A DNA stretch of 64,000 nt, from positions 11,270 through 75,269 of the forward strand of contig CAILYI010000279.1 of assembly GCA_903838415.1 (NCBI GenBank), written 5' to 3'. Made by a program: the position numbers and the translations under genes. The notes under the pieces are model-generated. The model searched no databases, had not been told where the DNA came from, and saw nothing but the letters and a program-made list of their open reading frames with translations. Positions 21,671 to 31,330 of this stretch are shown one piece after another. Source of the stretch: an uncultured Anaerolineae bacterium. Lineage in GTDB: Bacteria > Chloroflexota > Anaerolineae > Anaerolineales > Villigracilaceae. Position 1 is the first letter of the stretch; each line of letters begins with the position of its first letter.

Positions 21671-21699
21671 TTGACTGAGAAAAACCCTTGTGCTATAGT
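21671..21699 (+). promoter_or_regulatory. Sigma-70-type promoter for ABC operon 2
   Basis: TTGACT, a 17-nt spacer, then TATAGT, located ~140 nt upstream of the SBP start. Confidence 0.55.
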
Positions 21700-21841
21700 G
21701 CTCAATTATGTTTCCTGCCCGGGTTTTGTAATCTGCGGGATGAAGCATAATTGAAAAGGATGAAAACTGCCTGACGTAAGAACGCTGATGTCTGCTTACT
21801 TCACCCTACCCCCATTCAATATTCTTTAGGAGGCGAAACAC

Positions 21842-24388
21842 ATGTTACGAAATCGTTTGTTGACCGTTCTCGGCTTCGTGTTGATTGCCAGCATGGTCCT
21901 TTCTGCTTGCGGCACTCCCACGGCTGCACCCACTGAGGCACCTGCTGCTGCTCCGACCGAAGCTCCCGCAGCGACTGCTGTCCCTGAACCGACCGCAGTT
22001 CCCACCGCAGTGCCGGTTACCCGTCATGGCGGCTGGCTCGATGAGATTGTCTTCTCTGTCGTTGCTGGAGATTCTGCCGTTACACAGCTCAAAGCCGGTG
22101 CGATCGATATTTACGCCAACGGCCTGTCCTCTGCGGACCTGCCATCCATTAAGGATGCTGGACTGAGCTATTCCGACTCAAACGGCCTGTATTATGACAT
22201 TTTGTACAACCCGGCCGCTTGCAAGGATGCGAACCTTTTAAATCCGTTCTCCGATCGCAAGATCCGCGAAGCGACCAACTGGTTGTATGACCGCAACTAT
22301 ATTAACCAGGAAGTTTATGCTGGTGGCGGTCTGCCCAAGTTCTTCACCATCCAGACCAATGGGCCAGATTACGCTGATCTGGCGGATGTTGCCCGCGGAT
22401 TGGAATCCAAGTATTCCTACAACCCCGATAAGGCCAAGCAAGTCATTGCTGATGAAATGACCGCTTTGGGCGCAACCCTCGGCGCAAATGGCAAATGGAT
22501 GTTCAAGGATAAGCCCGTATCCATCCTCTTCCTGATCCGCCCCGATAGCGACGGCACCCGCAAGCCAATCGGCGATTACGTTGCCGGTCAACTTGAGAGC
22601 GTTGGCTTCACGGTCGATCGCCAGTACAAGAAATCCTCCGAAGCCTCCCCGCTTTGGATTCAGAGCGATCCGGTTGAGTGCCTTTGGAGCGCTTATACCG
22701 CGGCCTGGAGCTCCACTGCCATCAACCGCGATGAAAAGAATATGTTCCAGCAGATGTACCTGAGCAGCAGTCCCCAGGGTATGCCTGTTTTCCTGGCCAA
22801 TGTCGCGGATCCTGAATACCAGAAGCTGGGCGATGATCTGAATAATGGCGTCTTCACCACCATCGAACAGCGCCGCGCGATGTTCTCCAAGGCTATGGAA
22901 CTCAGCCTGCAGGATTCGCTGCAAGTCTTCCTGATCGATGGAAAGAACTATACCCCCTACGTGAATACAGTCCAGGCTACTTCCGATCTGGCGGCCGGGA
23001 TTGAAAGCGCCCCGATTTATCCCTACACCCTGCGCTTTATCGGTAAAGAAGGCGGCCAGCTGAAGTGGGCCACCCAGAACCTCTTCGCTGATCCGTGGAA
23101 CCCGATTGCCGGTAGTAACTGGACCTTCGACCAGGGCGCAGCCCGCGCCACATCCAGCGGCGGCTTCATGTCTGATCCTTACACCGGTCTTGCCTGGCCT
23201 CTGCGCGCTGAATCGGCTGAAATTACCGTGCTCGACAGCCTGCCTCCCACCAACAAGACTCTGGATTGGGTGACTCTCAAGACCGCTCCCGAGATCAAAG
23301 TTCCGGCAGATGCCTGGGCTGATTGGGATGCCAAGACTCAGACCTTCATTCCGGTTGGCGAGGGCAAGACCGCCAAGGTCAAATCCGTCGTGACTTACCC
23401 GGCTGACCTGTATAAGAATGTCAAGTGGCATGATGGCAGCAACTTTAGCGCTGCGGATGTGGTCATGAGCCTGATCCTGACCTTCGATCGCTCCAAGAAA
23501 GACAGCCCGCTTTATGATGAAGCCAGCGTGCCGCTGTTCGAATCTTTCATGTCTGCTTTCAAGGGCGTCAAGATTACTTCGACGGATCCGCTGGTGGTTG
23601 AATACTATACCGATGTTACCTACCCGGATGCTGAAAGTATGGCGGTTTCCTTGTGGCCGAATTACGGCTACGGCGAAGCCAAGTGGGATATGATTGCGAT
23701 CGCCAATCTGGCCGAAACCGGTGGTGAACTGGCTTATTCGACCGATAAGGCCGGTGCTGCAAAAGTTGAGTGGACCAGCTTTGTGGGTGGCCCCAGCCTC
23801 GAAATCCTGAAGAAGTATCTCGATCAGGCCGCTGGAGAAAGCTACATTCCCTACGCTCCTACCATGAGCCAATTTGTCACCGCTGATGATGCCAAGGCTC
23901 GTTACTCCAACCTTGCCAAGTTCTACGCTGATCACAGTCATTTCAATGTCGGAACCGGTCCGTACGTTCTGGACAAGGTCTTCCTGACTGAAAAGTCCCT
24001 GACTCTCAAGAATTTTGCGGACTATCCCGATTTGGCCGACCGCTGGTCGAACTTTGGTCAACCCAAACTGGCTGAAGCCCAAATCGACGGCGCTGGCCAG
24101 ATCAAGATTGGGGAAGGTGCCAGTTTTGATGTCTTCGTGACCTTCAATGGCGATCCTTATCCACAGGCCGAGATCAAGCAGGTCAAGTTCCTTCTGTACA
24201 ACGCCAAGGGCGAAGTTGCGCTGGTTGGAAATGCAGACTTTGTTGCCGATGGCCAGTACAAGGTTGTTCTTACCAAGGATAGCACTTCCAAGCTTGAAGC
24301 TGGTTCCAATAAGATCGAAGTTGCGGTCATCCCGCTGCCCGTCAGCGTTCCCACCTTCACCAATATGGAGTTCATAACGACTCCGTAA
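21842..24388 (+). CDS. Large (848 aa) family-5 ABC substrate-binding lipoprotein with a C-terminal extension
   Basis: 'MVLSAC' lipobox and a repeated 'AAPTEAPAA' linker, followed by an SBP-like body. An extra ~130 aa beta-rich C-terminal segment is present. Confidence 0.85.
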   Translation: MLRNRLLTVLGFVLIASMVLSACGTPTAAPTEAPAAAPTEAPAATAVPEPTAVPTAVPVTRHGGWLDEIVFSVVAGDSAVTQLKAGAIDIYANGLSSADLPSIKDAGLSYSDSNGLYYDILYNPAACKDANLLNPFSDRKIREATNWLYDRNYINQEVYAGGGLPKFFTIQTNGPDYADLADVARGLESKYSYNPDKAKQVIADEMTALGATLGANGKWMFKDKPVSILFLIRPDSDGTRKPIGDYVAGQLESVGFTVDRQYKKSSEASPLWIQSDPVECLWSAYTAAWSSTAINRDEKNMFQQMYLSSSPQGMPVFLANVADPEYQKLGDDLNNGVFTTIEQRRAMFSKAMELSLQDSLQVFLIDGKNYTPYVNTVQATSDLAAGIESAPIYPYTLRFIGKEGGQLKWATQNLFADPWNPIAGSNWTFDQGAARATSSGGFMSDPYTGLAWPLRAESAEITVLDSLPPTNKTLDWVTLKTAPEIKVPADAWADWDAKTQTFIPVGEGKTAKVKSVVTYPADLYKNVKWHDGSNFSAADVVMSLILTFDRSKKDSPLYDEASVPLFESFMSAFKGVKITSTDPLVVEYYTDVTYPDAESMAVSLWPNYGYGEAKWDMIAIANLAETGGELAYSTDKAGAAKVEWTSFVGGPSLEILKKYLDQAAGESYIPYAPTMSQFVTADDAKARYSNLAKFYADHSHFNVGTGPYVLDKVFLTEKSLTLKNFADYPDLADRWSNFGQPKLAEAQIDGAGQIKIGEGASFDVFVTFNGDPYPQAEIKQVKFLLYNAKGEVALVGNADFVADGQYKVVLTKDSTSKLEAGSNKIEVAVIPLPVSVPTFTNMEFITTP

Positions 24389-24420
24389 TTTTGAAGGTAA
24401 ATATAGTTCTGTAATCTATG

Positions 24421-24450
24421 ATAGGGGCAAGGTTAATTCCTTGCCCCTAT
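24421..24450 (+). other. 12-bp perfect stem-loop just after the binding-protein gene
   Basis: ATAGGGGCAAGG-ttaatt-CCTTGCCCCTAT. Confidence 0.6.
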
Positions 24451-24476
24451 CAATCCTAATTCCCCGAGGCAAGAAC

Positions 24477-25592
24477 ATGACAATCGGCAATCAGTCAGGT
24501 TCAGCAACTGAAAAGAAATCTTCAAACAGCAGCACACTGGTGCGCGTGGCACGATACACGGGCGTCAGACTGATTACTTTATTTGTAACCATCGTGATTG
24601 GTATTTATTTGACAATAGTGATCGCGAACATGGGCGGATATGTGGATAGCATCATGCGTTCCGAAATCCGCGAACGCGTTACGCAAATGGTGATGAGCAA
24701 CCCCGCGAATAAGAACATGGCGAATGAAACCAAGCGCAAACTGACTGAGGAAATGATTCGGTTGCAAGAGAAACGCATGGGACTGGATATTCCAGTTGCA
24801 ATTCGCAATTTTGGTTACCTGAGCAACGCGCTCCAAATGAATCTGGGCCGCGCCATCAATATGTCGAGCGACAGCGGCTCCAGGCAAGTCCGCCTGATTA
24901 TCCTGGAACGTTTGCCAGCCACCCTGCTGCTGATGGGTTCTTCCAATTTGATTTTGTTTTTTGCCAGTCTGTACCTGGCGCTCTCACTTTCCAGGAAGTA
25001 CGGCAGTTTCTGGGACAAGCTCGTGATTGCGCTTTCGCCGACTTCGGCCGCTCCACCCTGGTTTTACGGCATTTTTTTCATCCTGATTTTCGCCGCAATC
25101 TTTAAAATCCTGCCCTTCGGCGGCATGGTGTCCGCGCCACCGCCGGAAAATAAAATTGACTATGCCATCAGTTTGCTTCAGCATCTGATTTTGCCCGCCG
25201 CTTCCCTGATTGTCAGTTCCGTCTTTATCAGTATTTACAGTTGGCGTACCTTTTTCCTGATTTATTCCAGTGAAGATTATGTTGAGATGGCCAAGGCCAA
25301 GGGCTTGCCGCCTCGGGATATTGAGCAGCGTTATATTTTACGTCCCACCCTCCCGACCATCATCACCAATTTTGCGCTGATGCTGATCGGCTTGTGGACG
25401 GGCGCCATCATCACTGAGACGGTTTTTCTTTGGCCGGGGCTGGGTCGCACCTCGTTTGAAGCCATTGGACTGTATGACACGCCTGTCATCGTGGGTACAA
25501 CGATTATTTATGCCTATTTGCTGGCGATAACCGTTTTTGTGCTCGATTTCGTTTACGCCTTGGTTGATCCCAGAGTAAAAGTTGGCGGATAA
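24477..25592 (+). CDS. ABC transporter permease (DppB-like, extended)
   Basis: Polytopic protein with the EAA-type 'YVEMAKAKGL' segment. Confidence 0.85.
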   Translation: MTIGNQSGSATEKKSSNSSTLVRVARYTGVRLITLFVTIVIGIYLTIVIANMGGYVDSIMRSEIRERVTQMVMSNPANKNMANETKRKLTEEMIRLQEKRMGLDIPVAIRNFGYLSNALQMNLGRAINMSSDSGSRQVRLIILERLPATLLLMGSSNLILFFASLYLALSLSRKYGSFWDKLVIALSPTSAAPPWFYGIFFILIFAAIFKILPFGGMVSAPPPENKIDYAISLLQHLILPAASLIVSSVFISIYSWRTFFLIYSSEDYVEMAKAKGLPPRDIEQRYILRPTLPTIITNFALMLIGLWTGAIITETVFLWPGLGRTSFEAIGLYDTPVIVGTTIIYAYLLAITVFVLDFVYALVDPRVKVGG

Positions 25593-25600
25593 AACAATCC

Positions 25601-26947
25601 ATGAAATTACTTAAGAACTCCTTCCGCGAAATGATGCTCTATCCATCGGCCATTGTAGGCGTGTTTGTTATCCTGCTGCTGGTCGTTCAGGCGGCTTATG
25701 CCATGATCACCATCCCTTACGACGAGGCCATCCGGTTGTGGCGTGGTGGAGAAGATGTCTGGTACCAGAATCCGCGCTTTGCCCCGCCTGCTTGGACCAA
25801 CCTATTCTCAGCGAAAAAACTACCCGAATCTTTTGCCGTAAAAAGCTCCAACGGTGGCATGACCAAAGTTGTCACCCCGGGCGCCAAGGGCACCAGTTCG
25901 ATCGAAATCACTTACAAGTTCAATTTCTCTTACGATGATTTCCCGCAAGAGATGATGATTTATTTCAATGCCAAGTACAAACAAAAGCAGCCGTTTGTGT
26001 CGATTTACTTGCTGTCGCCGGATGGCAGAAAAACCCGGATCAGTGACTTCGGTGTCGATCAGAAGATGAACTTCCGTTTTGCCCAGGATGAAAAGCTAAA
26101 ACGCAGGCTGGGTGGCATCGACAATATCATGGTCGGTTTGTTTTCCGTGCCAAAATCTGACCCGGCGGTGCCCCTCAAAGGTGAATACCAGTTGATTTTG
26201 AACGCGGTCACTTTCGAAGAAGGCGCCGATCTTGACGCCGAGTTCGTGTTCCACGGCCTGGTGTATGGCCTGGCTGGGACGGACCACGCGCGCCGGGACC
26301 TGATGGTGCCGCTGCTGTGGGGCGCGCCGATTGCGCTGGCCTTTGGCCTGATTGCATCCCTGGGCACCTCGGTTCTGACCATGATCATCGCCGCGCTCGG
26401 GGCCTGGTATGCGGGCTGGGTCGATGAACTGATTCAGCGCATTACAGAGGTCAACCTGGTTTTGCCATTCCTGAACATCCTGATTATGGTGGGCACTTTC
26501 TATTCGCGCAGTATCTGGTTAATCCTGGGTGTCACCATCCTGTTGAGTATTTTTACCGGGGCAATCAAGGGCTATCGCGCCATTTTCATGCAGGTGAAAG
26601 AATCCACCTACATTGAGGCGGCGCGCGCTTACGGCGCCAGCAACAGTCGGATCGTCTTCCTGTACCTGATTCCGCGCATGATTCCGCTCTTGATTCCGGG
26701 ACTGGTCTCGTCCATCCCCGCCTTTGTGTTTCTCGAAGCGACGCTGGCTGTGCTCGGCCTGGGTGACCCCGTTCTGCCGACCTGGGGCAAAATCATCAAT
26801 GACGCCTGGTCGCATGGCGCCCTCTACAAAGGCATGTATTATTGGATTTTGGAACCAGCCGTCCTGCTGATGGTGACTGGTTTGGGTTTTGCCATGTTGG
26901 GCTTTGCGCTTGACCGAATTTTCAATCCCCGCTTGAGAGGCATGTAA
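25601..26947 (+). CDS. ABC transporter permease (DppC-like) with a ~220 aa extracytoplasmic insert after TM1
   Basis: An N-terminal TM is followed by a long soluble segment. A permease core with 'YIEAARAYGA' follows. Confidence 0.85.
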   Translation: MKLLKNSFREMMLYPSAIVGVFVILLLVVQAAYAMITIPYDEAIRLWRGGEDVWYQNPRFAPPAWTNLFSAKKLPESFAVKSSNGGMTKVVTPGAKGTSSIEITYKFNFSYDDFPQEMMIYFNAKYKQKQPFVSIYLLSPDGRKTRISDFGVDQKMNFRFAQDEKLKRRLGGIDNIMVGLFSVPKSDPAVPLKGEYQLILNAVTFEEGADLDAEFVFHGLVYGLAGTDHARRDLMVPLLWGAPIALAFGLIASLGTSVLTMIIAALGAWYAGWVDELIQRITEVNLVLPFLNILIMVGTFYSRSIWLILGVTILLSIFTGAIKGYRAIFMQVKESTYIEAARAYGASNSRIVFLYLIPRMIPLLIPGLVSSIPAFVFLEATLAVLGLGDPVLPTWGKIINDAWSHGALYKGMYYWILEPAVLLMVTGLGFAMLGFALDRIFNPRLRGM

Positions 26948-26950
26948 ACC

Positions 26951-27907
26951 ATGGCAGACAAGAAGCTTTTACGTGTTGATAAGCTGGTTCTGCATTTTCG
27001 TGCCGGGAGCGGAGTGGTGCAGGCTGTGGATGGGGTCGATTTTGACCTTGACTACAACCGCGCCGTGGTGATCTTGGGCGAATCCGGCTGTGGCAAGAGT
27101 TCCCTGGCCAAGGCTATTTTGCGACTGCTGCCGCGCAACGTCGCTTCGTATGGCGGACAGGTTTTCCTGGAAGGCAAGGACGTGATGTCCTTGAGTGAAG
27201 AAGAATTCCGGCAGAATATTCGCTGGGTTGGCATGTCGATTGTGCCGCAGGCTGCCATGAATGCGCTGAATCCGGTGCTCAAAGTGGGAGATCAGGTGGC
27301 GGAACCGGCCATGGTGCACCTGGGCGTTTCCAAAAAGGAAGCCCTCGAGATGTCCCGTAAGATGTTCCAGCACGTGGGCGTTTCCGTCGACTTTTTGGAA
27401 CGTTATCCGTTTGAGCTTTCCGGCGGTATGCGTCAGCGGGTGGCGATCGCCATGTCGCTGGTGACTTCTCCCAACCTGGTGATCCTGGATGAACCCACCT
27501 CGGCGCTGGATGTTTTGACGCAGGCGAATATTTTTAACGTGCTGAAGCGCATCAAGCGTGACCTGGGCGTCAGCTTTATCCTGATTACTCACGATATTGC
27601 CACTTCCAGCGAGCTGGCGGATGACGTTGCCGTGATGTATGCGGGCCAGGTAGTTGAAATGAGCGATGCCGCCCGTTTTTTCTCTATGCCCCTGCATCCC
27701 TATTCGCAAAAACTGATGTCCAGCGTGCCACGTTTGCGCGGAACCAAGGAATTGGAATTTATCACCGGCCAGCCGCCCAGTTTGATCAATCCTCCCACGG
27801 GATGCCGTTTTGCCGCGCGCTGCACCATGCGTTATGAAAAATGCAGCGAAGAACCGCCCGTTTTTGAAAAAGAGGGGCGTAAAGTCAAGTGCTGGTTACA
27901 TCAATGA
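26951..27907 (+). CDS. ABC transporter ATP-binding protein (OppD type)
   Basis: Contains 'GESGCGKSS', '[12 protein letters not shown]' and 'ILDEPTSALD'. Confidence 0.9.
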   Translation: MADKKLLRVDKLVLHFRAGSGVVQAVDGVDFDLDYNRAVVILGESGCGKSSLAKAILRLLPRNVASYGGQVFLEGKDVMSLSEEEFRQNIRWVGMSIVPQAAMNALNPVLKVGDQVAEPAMVHLGVSKKEALEMSRKMFQHVGVSVDFLERYPFELSGGMRQRVAIAMSLVTSPNLVILDEPTSALDVLTQANIFNVLKRIKRDLGVSFILITHDIATSSELADDVAVMYAGQVVEMSDAARFFSMPLHPYSQKLMSSVPRLRGTKELEFITGQPPSLINPPTGCRFAARCTMRYEKCSEEPPVFEKEGRKVKCWLHQ

Positions 27908-27920
27908 TAGGGAGCCAGGC

Positions 27921-28958
27921 ATGCCTGCTGAGATGACAACAACAAAAGAAATAAATCCGCCGGGCCAAAACCAGTCCGCAGATCGGGATGTGATTCTTTC
28001 CATCACAGACTTACATGTATGGTTCGAATTGCGCCGCTGGGGTTTTGGGAATGCCGGTTATGTTCGCGCAGTGGATAACGTCAGCTTTGACCTGCGCCGC
28101 GGCGAATCCATCGCCGTTGTGGGCGAGTCGGGCTGCGGAAAATCCAGCTTGATGAAGACTATCCTTGGGTTGTACAAACCAACCAAAGGGACCATCTCCT
28201 TTGACGGCAAGGATATCAGCAAGTTTGACACCAAGGCCATGCGTTGGTATCACTCGCAGGTCGGTTATGTTCAACAGGATCCTTTTGGCGCGCTGCCGCC
28301 GTTTATGACCATTCAGCGCATTCTCGAAGAACCGCTCATTATTGGCGGTGTTTCGGATAAGTCCGAACGCATCCAGCGCATCCGTAAGACGATGGAAGAA
28401 GTGAAGCTCGCGCCCGTGGAAGATTTCCTCGAGAAATTCCCCCACATGCTCAGCGGTGGGCAACTTCAGCGCGTGGTCATCGCCCGCGCCATGATCCTTG
28501 AACCAAAATTTATCGTGGCTGATGAGCCGGTTTCCATGCTCGATGCTTCCGTCCGCGTTGAAGTTTTGAAACTGCTGCGCGGCTTGCAGGAAAAACACAA
28601 TCTCTCGGTCATTTACATTACGCATGATCTCTCCACGGTGAGTTATTTTTCCGAACGAATTTTCGTGATGTACGCCGGGAAATTGGTCGAAAAAGCCAAA
28701 GTGCAGGATCTGCTGCAGAATGCCGGGCACCCGTATACCCACGCCCTGTTGTTGGGAACATCCGACCCCGATGCCAATAACGCCAAAACCTTCAAGGAAG
28801 TCCCGCCTGGTGAGCCGCCCAGTCTGGTGAAGCCCCCCGAGGGCTGTCGCTTTCATCCACGCTGTACCCGGATGATCCAGGGCGAGTGCGATATCAACTT
28901 GCCGCCTGAATTCGAAATTGAACCTGCGCACCAGGTCTCCTGCTGGCTGCATAAATGA
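27921..28958 (+). CDS. ABC transporter ATP-binding protein (OppF type)
   Basis: GGGAG SD precedes the ATG at 27921. Contains 'GESGCGKSS', 'LSGGQLQRVVIARA' and 'VADEPVSMLD'. Confidence 0.9.
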   Translation: MPAEMTTTKEINPPGQNQSADRDVILSITDLHVWFELRRWGFGNAGYVRAVDNVSFDLRRGESIAVVGESGCGKSSLMKTILGLYKPTKGTISFDGKDISKFDTKAMRWYHSQVGYVQQDPFGALPPFMTIQRILEEPLIIGGVSDKSERIQRIRKTMEEVKLAPVEDFLEKFPHMLSGGQLQRVVIARAMILEPKFIVADEPVSMLDASVRVEVLKLLRGLQEKHNLSVIYITHDLSTVSYFSERIFVMYAGKLVEKAKVQDLLQNAGHPYTHALLLGTSDPDANNAKTFKEVPPGEPPSLVKPPEGCRFHPRCTRMIQGECDINLPPEFEIEPAHQVSCWLHK

Positions 28959-29167
28959 TCAGGATCAATTCGCGTTCCATCATCGTCATCGGATTCGTCC
29001 TGGTTTTTCTGGGCTTTTTGTTGCCATTTCTAATGGTGATGAAGATTCTCGCCTCGACATATTTTCTAAACTTTTTTTCATTCACGGTTTCCCTGGTCGG
29101 CTTGTTGCTGGGATTGATGGGCGCTGCTCAGATGTCAGTTGAAGCGCGTCGATCCCGTGATGAATAA
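28955..29167 (+). CDS. Small two-TM membrane protein (70 aa), translationally coupled to the preceding ATPase gene
   Basis: ATGA start/stop overlap. Two clear hydrophobic helices: 'IIVIGFVLVFLGFLLPFLMV' and 'FFSFTVSLVGLLLGLMGAA'. Confidence 0.55.
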   Translation: MIRINSRSIIVIGFVLVFLGFLLPFLMVMKILASTYFLNFFSFTVSLVGLLLGLMGAAQMSVEARRSRDE

Positions 29168-29284
29168 TCCTGGTTTTTCCGAAATATGGTATGAGCGCTG
29201 GGTTTTGAAAAAGGCCGGTACGCGTACTGGACTTTGAAAAAAGTCCAGTATAATGAGTGCAATTCAACTGACGGGAGTAGTACC

Positions 29285-30307
29285 GTGGCAGAGCAAAAAA
29301 CCAAACAACCGCTTCTGGAAGTAAAAAACCTGAAAACGTATTTCTATACCGAAGATGGCGTTGTCAAAGCCGTTGACGGGGTGGATTTTTTTGTTTATCC
29401 AGGAGAAGTCATGGGGCTGGTGGGAGAGTCGGGGTGCGGGAAGAGCGTCACCTCACTTTCCATCATGCGCCTCATCAGCCCGCCAGGGAAGATCGTTTCA
29501 GGCGAGATCATCTTCGAAGGCAAAGACCTGGCGCGAGCCAGTGAAGATGAAATGATCAAGGTGCGTGGAAATCGCGTTTCGATGATTTTCCAGCAACCCC
29601 AAACCGCCCTTAATCCCGTTTTCAAAGTGGGTGACCAGATTGCCGAGGTACTCAGCATTCATCAGTCCATGGGCAAGGAGCAGGGACGCCTCCGTGCGAT
29701 TGAATTGCTGAAAATGGTCGGTATTCCAGATCCAGAACGGCGCGCCGAAGCTTTTCCGCACGAGCTTTCAGGCGGACAGGCCCAGCGTGTGATGATTGCC
29801 ATGGCCCTGGCTTGTGTGCCCGACCTGCTGATTGCTGACGAGCCAACCACGGCCCTGGATGTGACCATTCAAGCCCAGATTTTGGATTTGATGCGCAACC
29901 TGCGCCAAAATATTGGTACTGCAATTATTCTCATTACGCACGATTTGGGTGTTGTGGCTGAAATGTGCGAACGAGTGGCGGTCATGTATGCTGGGTATAT
30001 TGTCGAACAGGCCGATATTCAGCCGCTGTTTGACAAACCCCTGCATCCCTACACCCAGGGTTTGATCGGCTCCATCCCGATCCTTGGAAAACTGAAAGAA
30101 CGCTTGGAAGTGATTCCCGGTTCGGTGCCCAACCTCGTCAATCTTCCGGTTGGCTGTCGCTTTGCTCCACGCTGCCACGCTCGGACGGAATATGCCTTAT
30201 CCATTTGTACCGATAAAGAACCCGGGCTTGTCGCATACAGCCCGAACCACACTGTGCGCTGCTGGTTGTACCAGGACGCTGAAGGTCACAGTGCGCCGCT
30301 TAAGTAA
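29285..30307 (+). CDS. Third OppD-type ABC ATP-binding protein (no adjacent permease)
   Basis: GTG start sits 7 nt after GGGAG; the ORF track begins at 29234. Contains 'GESGCGKS', '[12 protein letters not shown]' and '[11 protein letters not shown]'. Confidence 0.88.
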   Translation: MAEQKTKQPLLEVKNLKTYFYTEDGVVKAVDGVDFFVYPGEVMGLVGESGCGKSVTSLSIMRLISPPGKIVSGEIIFEGKDLARASEDEMIKVRGNRVSMIFQQPQTALNPVFKVGDQIAEVLSIHQSMGKEQGRLRAIELLKMVGIPDPERRAEAFPHELSGGQAQRVMIAMALACVPDLLIADEPTTALDVTIQAQILDLMRNLRQNIGTAIILITHDLGVVAEMCERVAVMYAGYIVEQADIQPLFDKPLHPYTQGLIGSIPILGKLKERLEVIPGSVPNLVNLPVGCRFAPRCHARTEYALSICTDKEPGLVAYSPNHTVRCWLYQDAEGHSAPLK

Positions 30308-30328
30308 AATCCCATTGCGGAGCTTTTG

Positions 30329-31306
30329 ATGAGCCAGAACCTAGCTAACGAACTTATTCAAGTTAAGAATCTTGTCAAATATTTTCCTGTGCGTGAAGGC
30401 TTACTTCAACGCGTCAAGGATCATGTTCGGGCGGTTGATAACGTCAGTTTTGTTGTGCGCGAGGGCGAGACCCTCGGAATGGTGGGCGAATCCGGTTGCG
30501 GAAAGACCACCATTGGGCGGACTATGCTGAGGCTGATTGAACCCACCTCGGGCTCGGTCATTGTTGACGGGAAAGATGTCTTCAAACTGGCGGGCGCTGA
30601 AATGAAGGCCATGCGCCGAAACATGCAAATCATCTTCCAGGACCCTTACGCTTCGCTCGATCCGCGCATGCCGATCGGCGAATCGGTGATGGAAGGCTTG
30701 AACATTCACAAAATTGGCACGCCCAAAGAACGTTTCGAAATTATGCTCGATACGCTCAAAAAGGTTGGCCTTGAAGATTACCACGCCCGCCGTTATCCGC
30801 ACGAATTCTCCGGTGGACAGCGCCAGCGTATTGGTATCGCCCGCGCCCTGGCCCTGCGACCAAAATTCATCGTTTGCGACGAGCCGGTTTCGGCGCTGGA
30901 TGTGTCCATTCAGTCGCAGGTGCTCAATATTTTGAAGGATTTACAGGGTGAGTTCGGCCTGACGTTCCTGTTCATTGCTCACAACCTGAGCGTGGTTGAG
31001 CATATTTCCAAGCGCGTGGCCGTCATGTACCTCGGGAAAATGGTGGAACTCTCGGAGCGGGATGAGTTATTCGCCAATCCTCTCCATCCTTACAGCAAAG
31101 CCCTTATGTCGGCCATCCCCATCCCAGATCCGATGCTCAAACGCGAGCGCACCATCCTCAAGGGTGACGTTCCCAGCCCGCTCAATCCGCCTTCAGGCTG
31201 CCGCTTCCATCCCCGCTGCCCGGTTGCTGTCGACATTTGCTCTCAACAAGAACCCGAATTTCGCGAGGCTGCGCCCGATCATTGGGTGGCCTGTTGGAAG
31301 GCGTGA
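30329..31306 (+). CDS. Third OppF-type ABC ATP-binding protein
   Basis: Contains 'GESGCGKTT', '[15 protein letters not shown]' and '[10 protein letters not shown]'. Confidence 0.9.
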   Translation: MSQNLANELIQVKNLVKYFPVREGLLQRVKDHVRAVDNVSFVVREGETLGMVGESGCGKTTIGRTMLRLIEPTSGSVIVDGKDVFKLAGAEMKAMRRNMQIIFQDPYASLDPRMPIGESVMEGLNIHKIGTPKERFEIMLDTLKKVGLEDYHARRYPHEFSGGQRQRIGIARALALRPKFIVCDEPVSALDVSIQSQVLNILKDLQGEFGLTFLFIAHNLSVVEHISKRVAVMYLGKMVELSERDELFANPLHPYSKALMSAIPIPDPMLKRERTILKGDVPSPLNPPSGCRFHPRCPVAVDICSQQEPEFREAAPDHWVACWKA

Positions 31307-31330
31307 TTCCGGTAATCCTGGAGTAAGCTT

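Noticed and set aside
22238-24082. 614-aa ORF antisense to the 848-aa binding-protein gene. Similar long antisense ORFs occur at 32827-34035 (glmU), 37981-38991 and 38998-39759 (PBP-like), and 55574-56548 and 56603-57247 (herA). Others are at 52703-53494 (dnaJ-like), 6669-7520 (aminotransferase), 11042-11929 (pcrA) and 19664-20572 (SBP).
   Set aside because: The translations are Arg/Gly/His-rich and low-complexity with no recognisable motifs. Each lies opposite a gene with strong family signatures. This is the typical stop-codon-poor antisense frame of GC-rich coding DNA.
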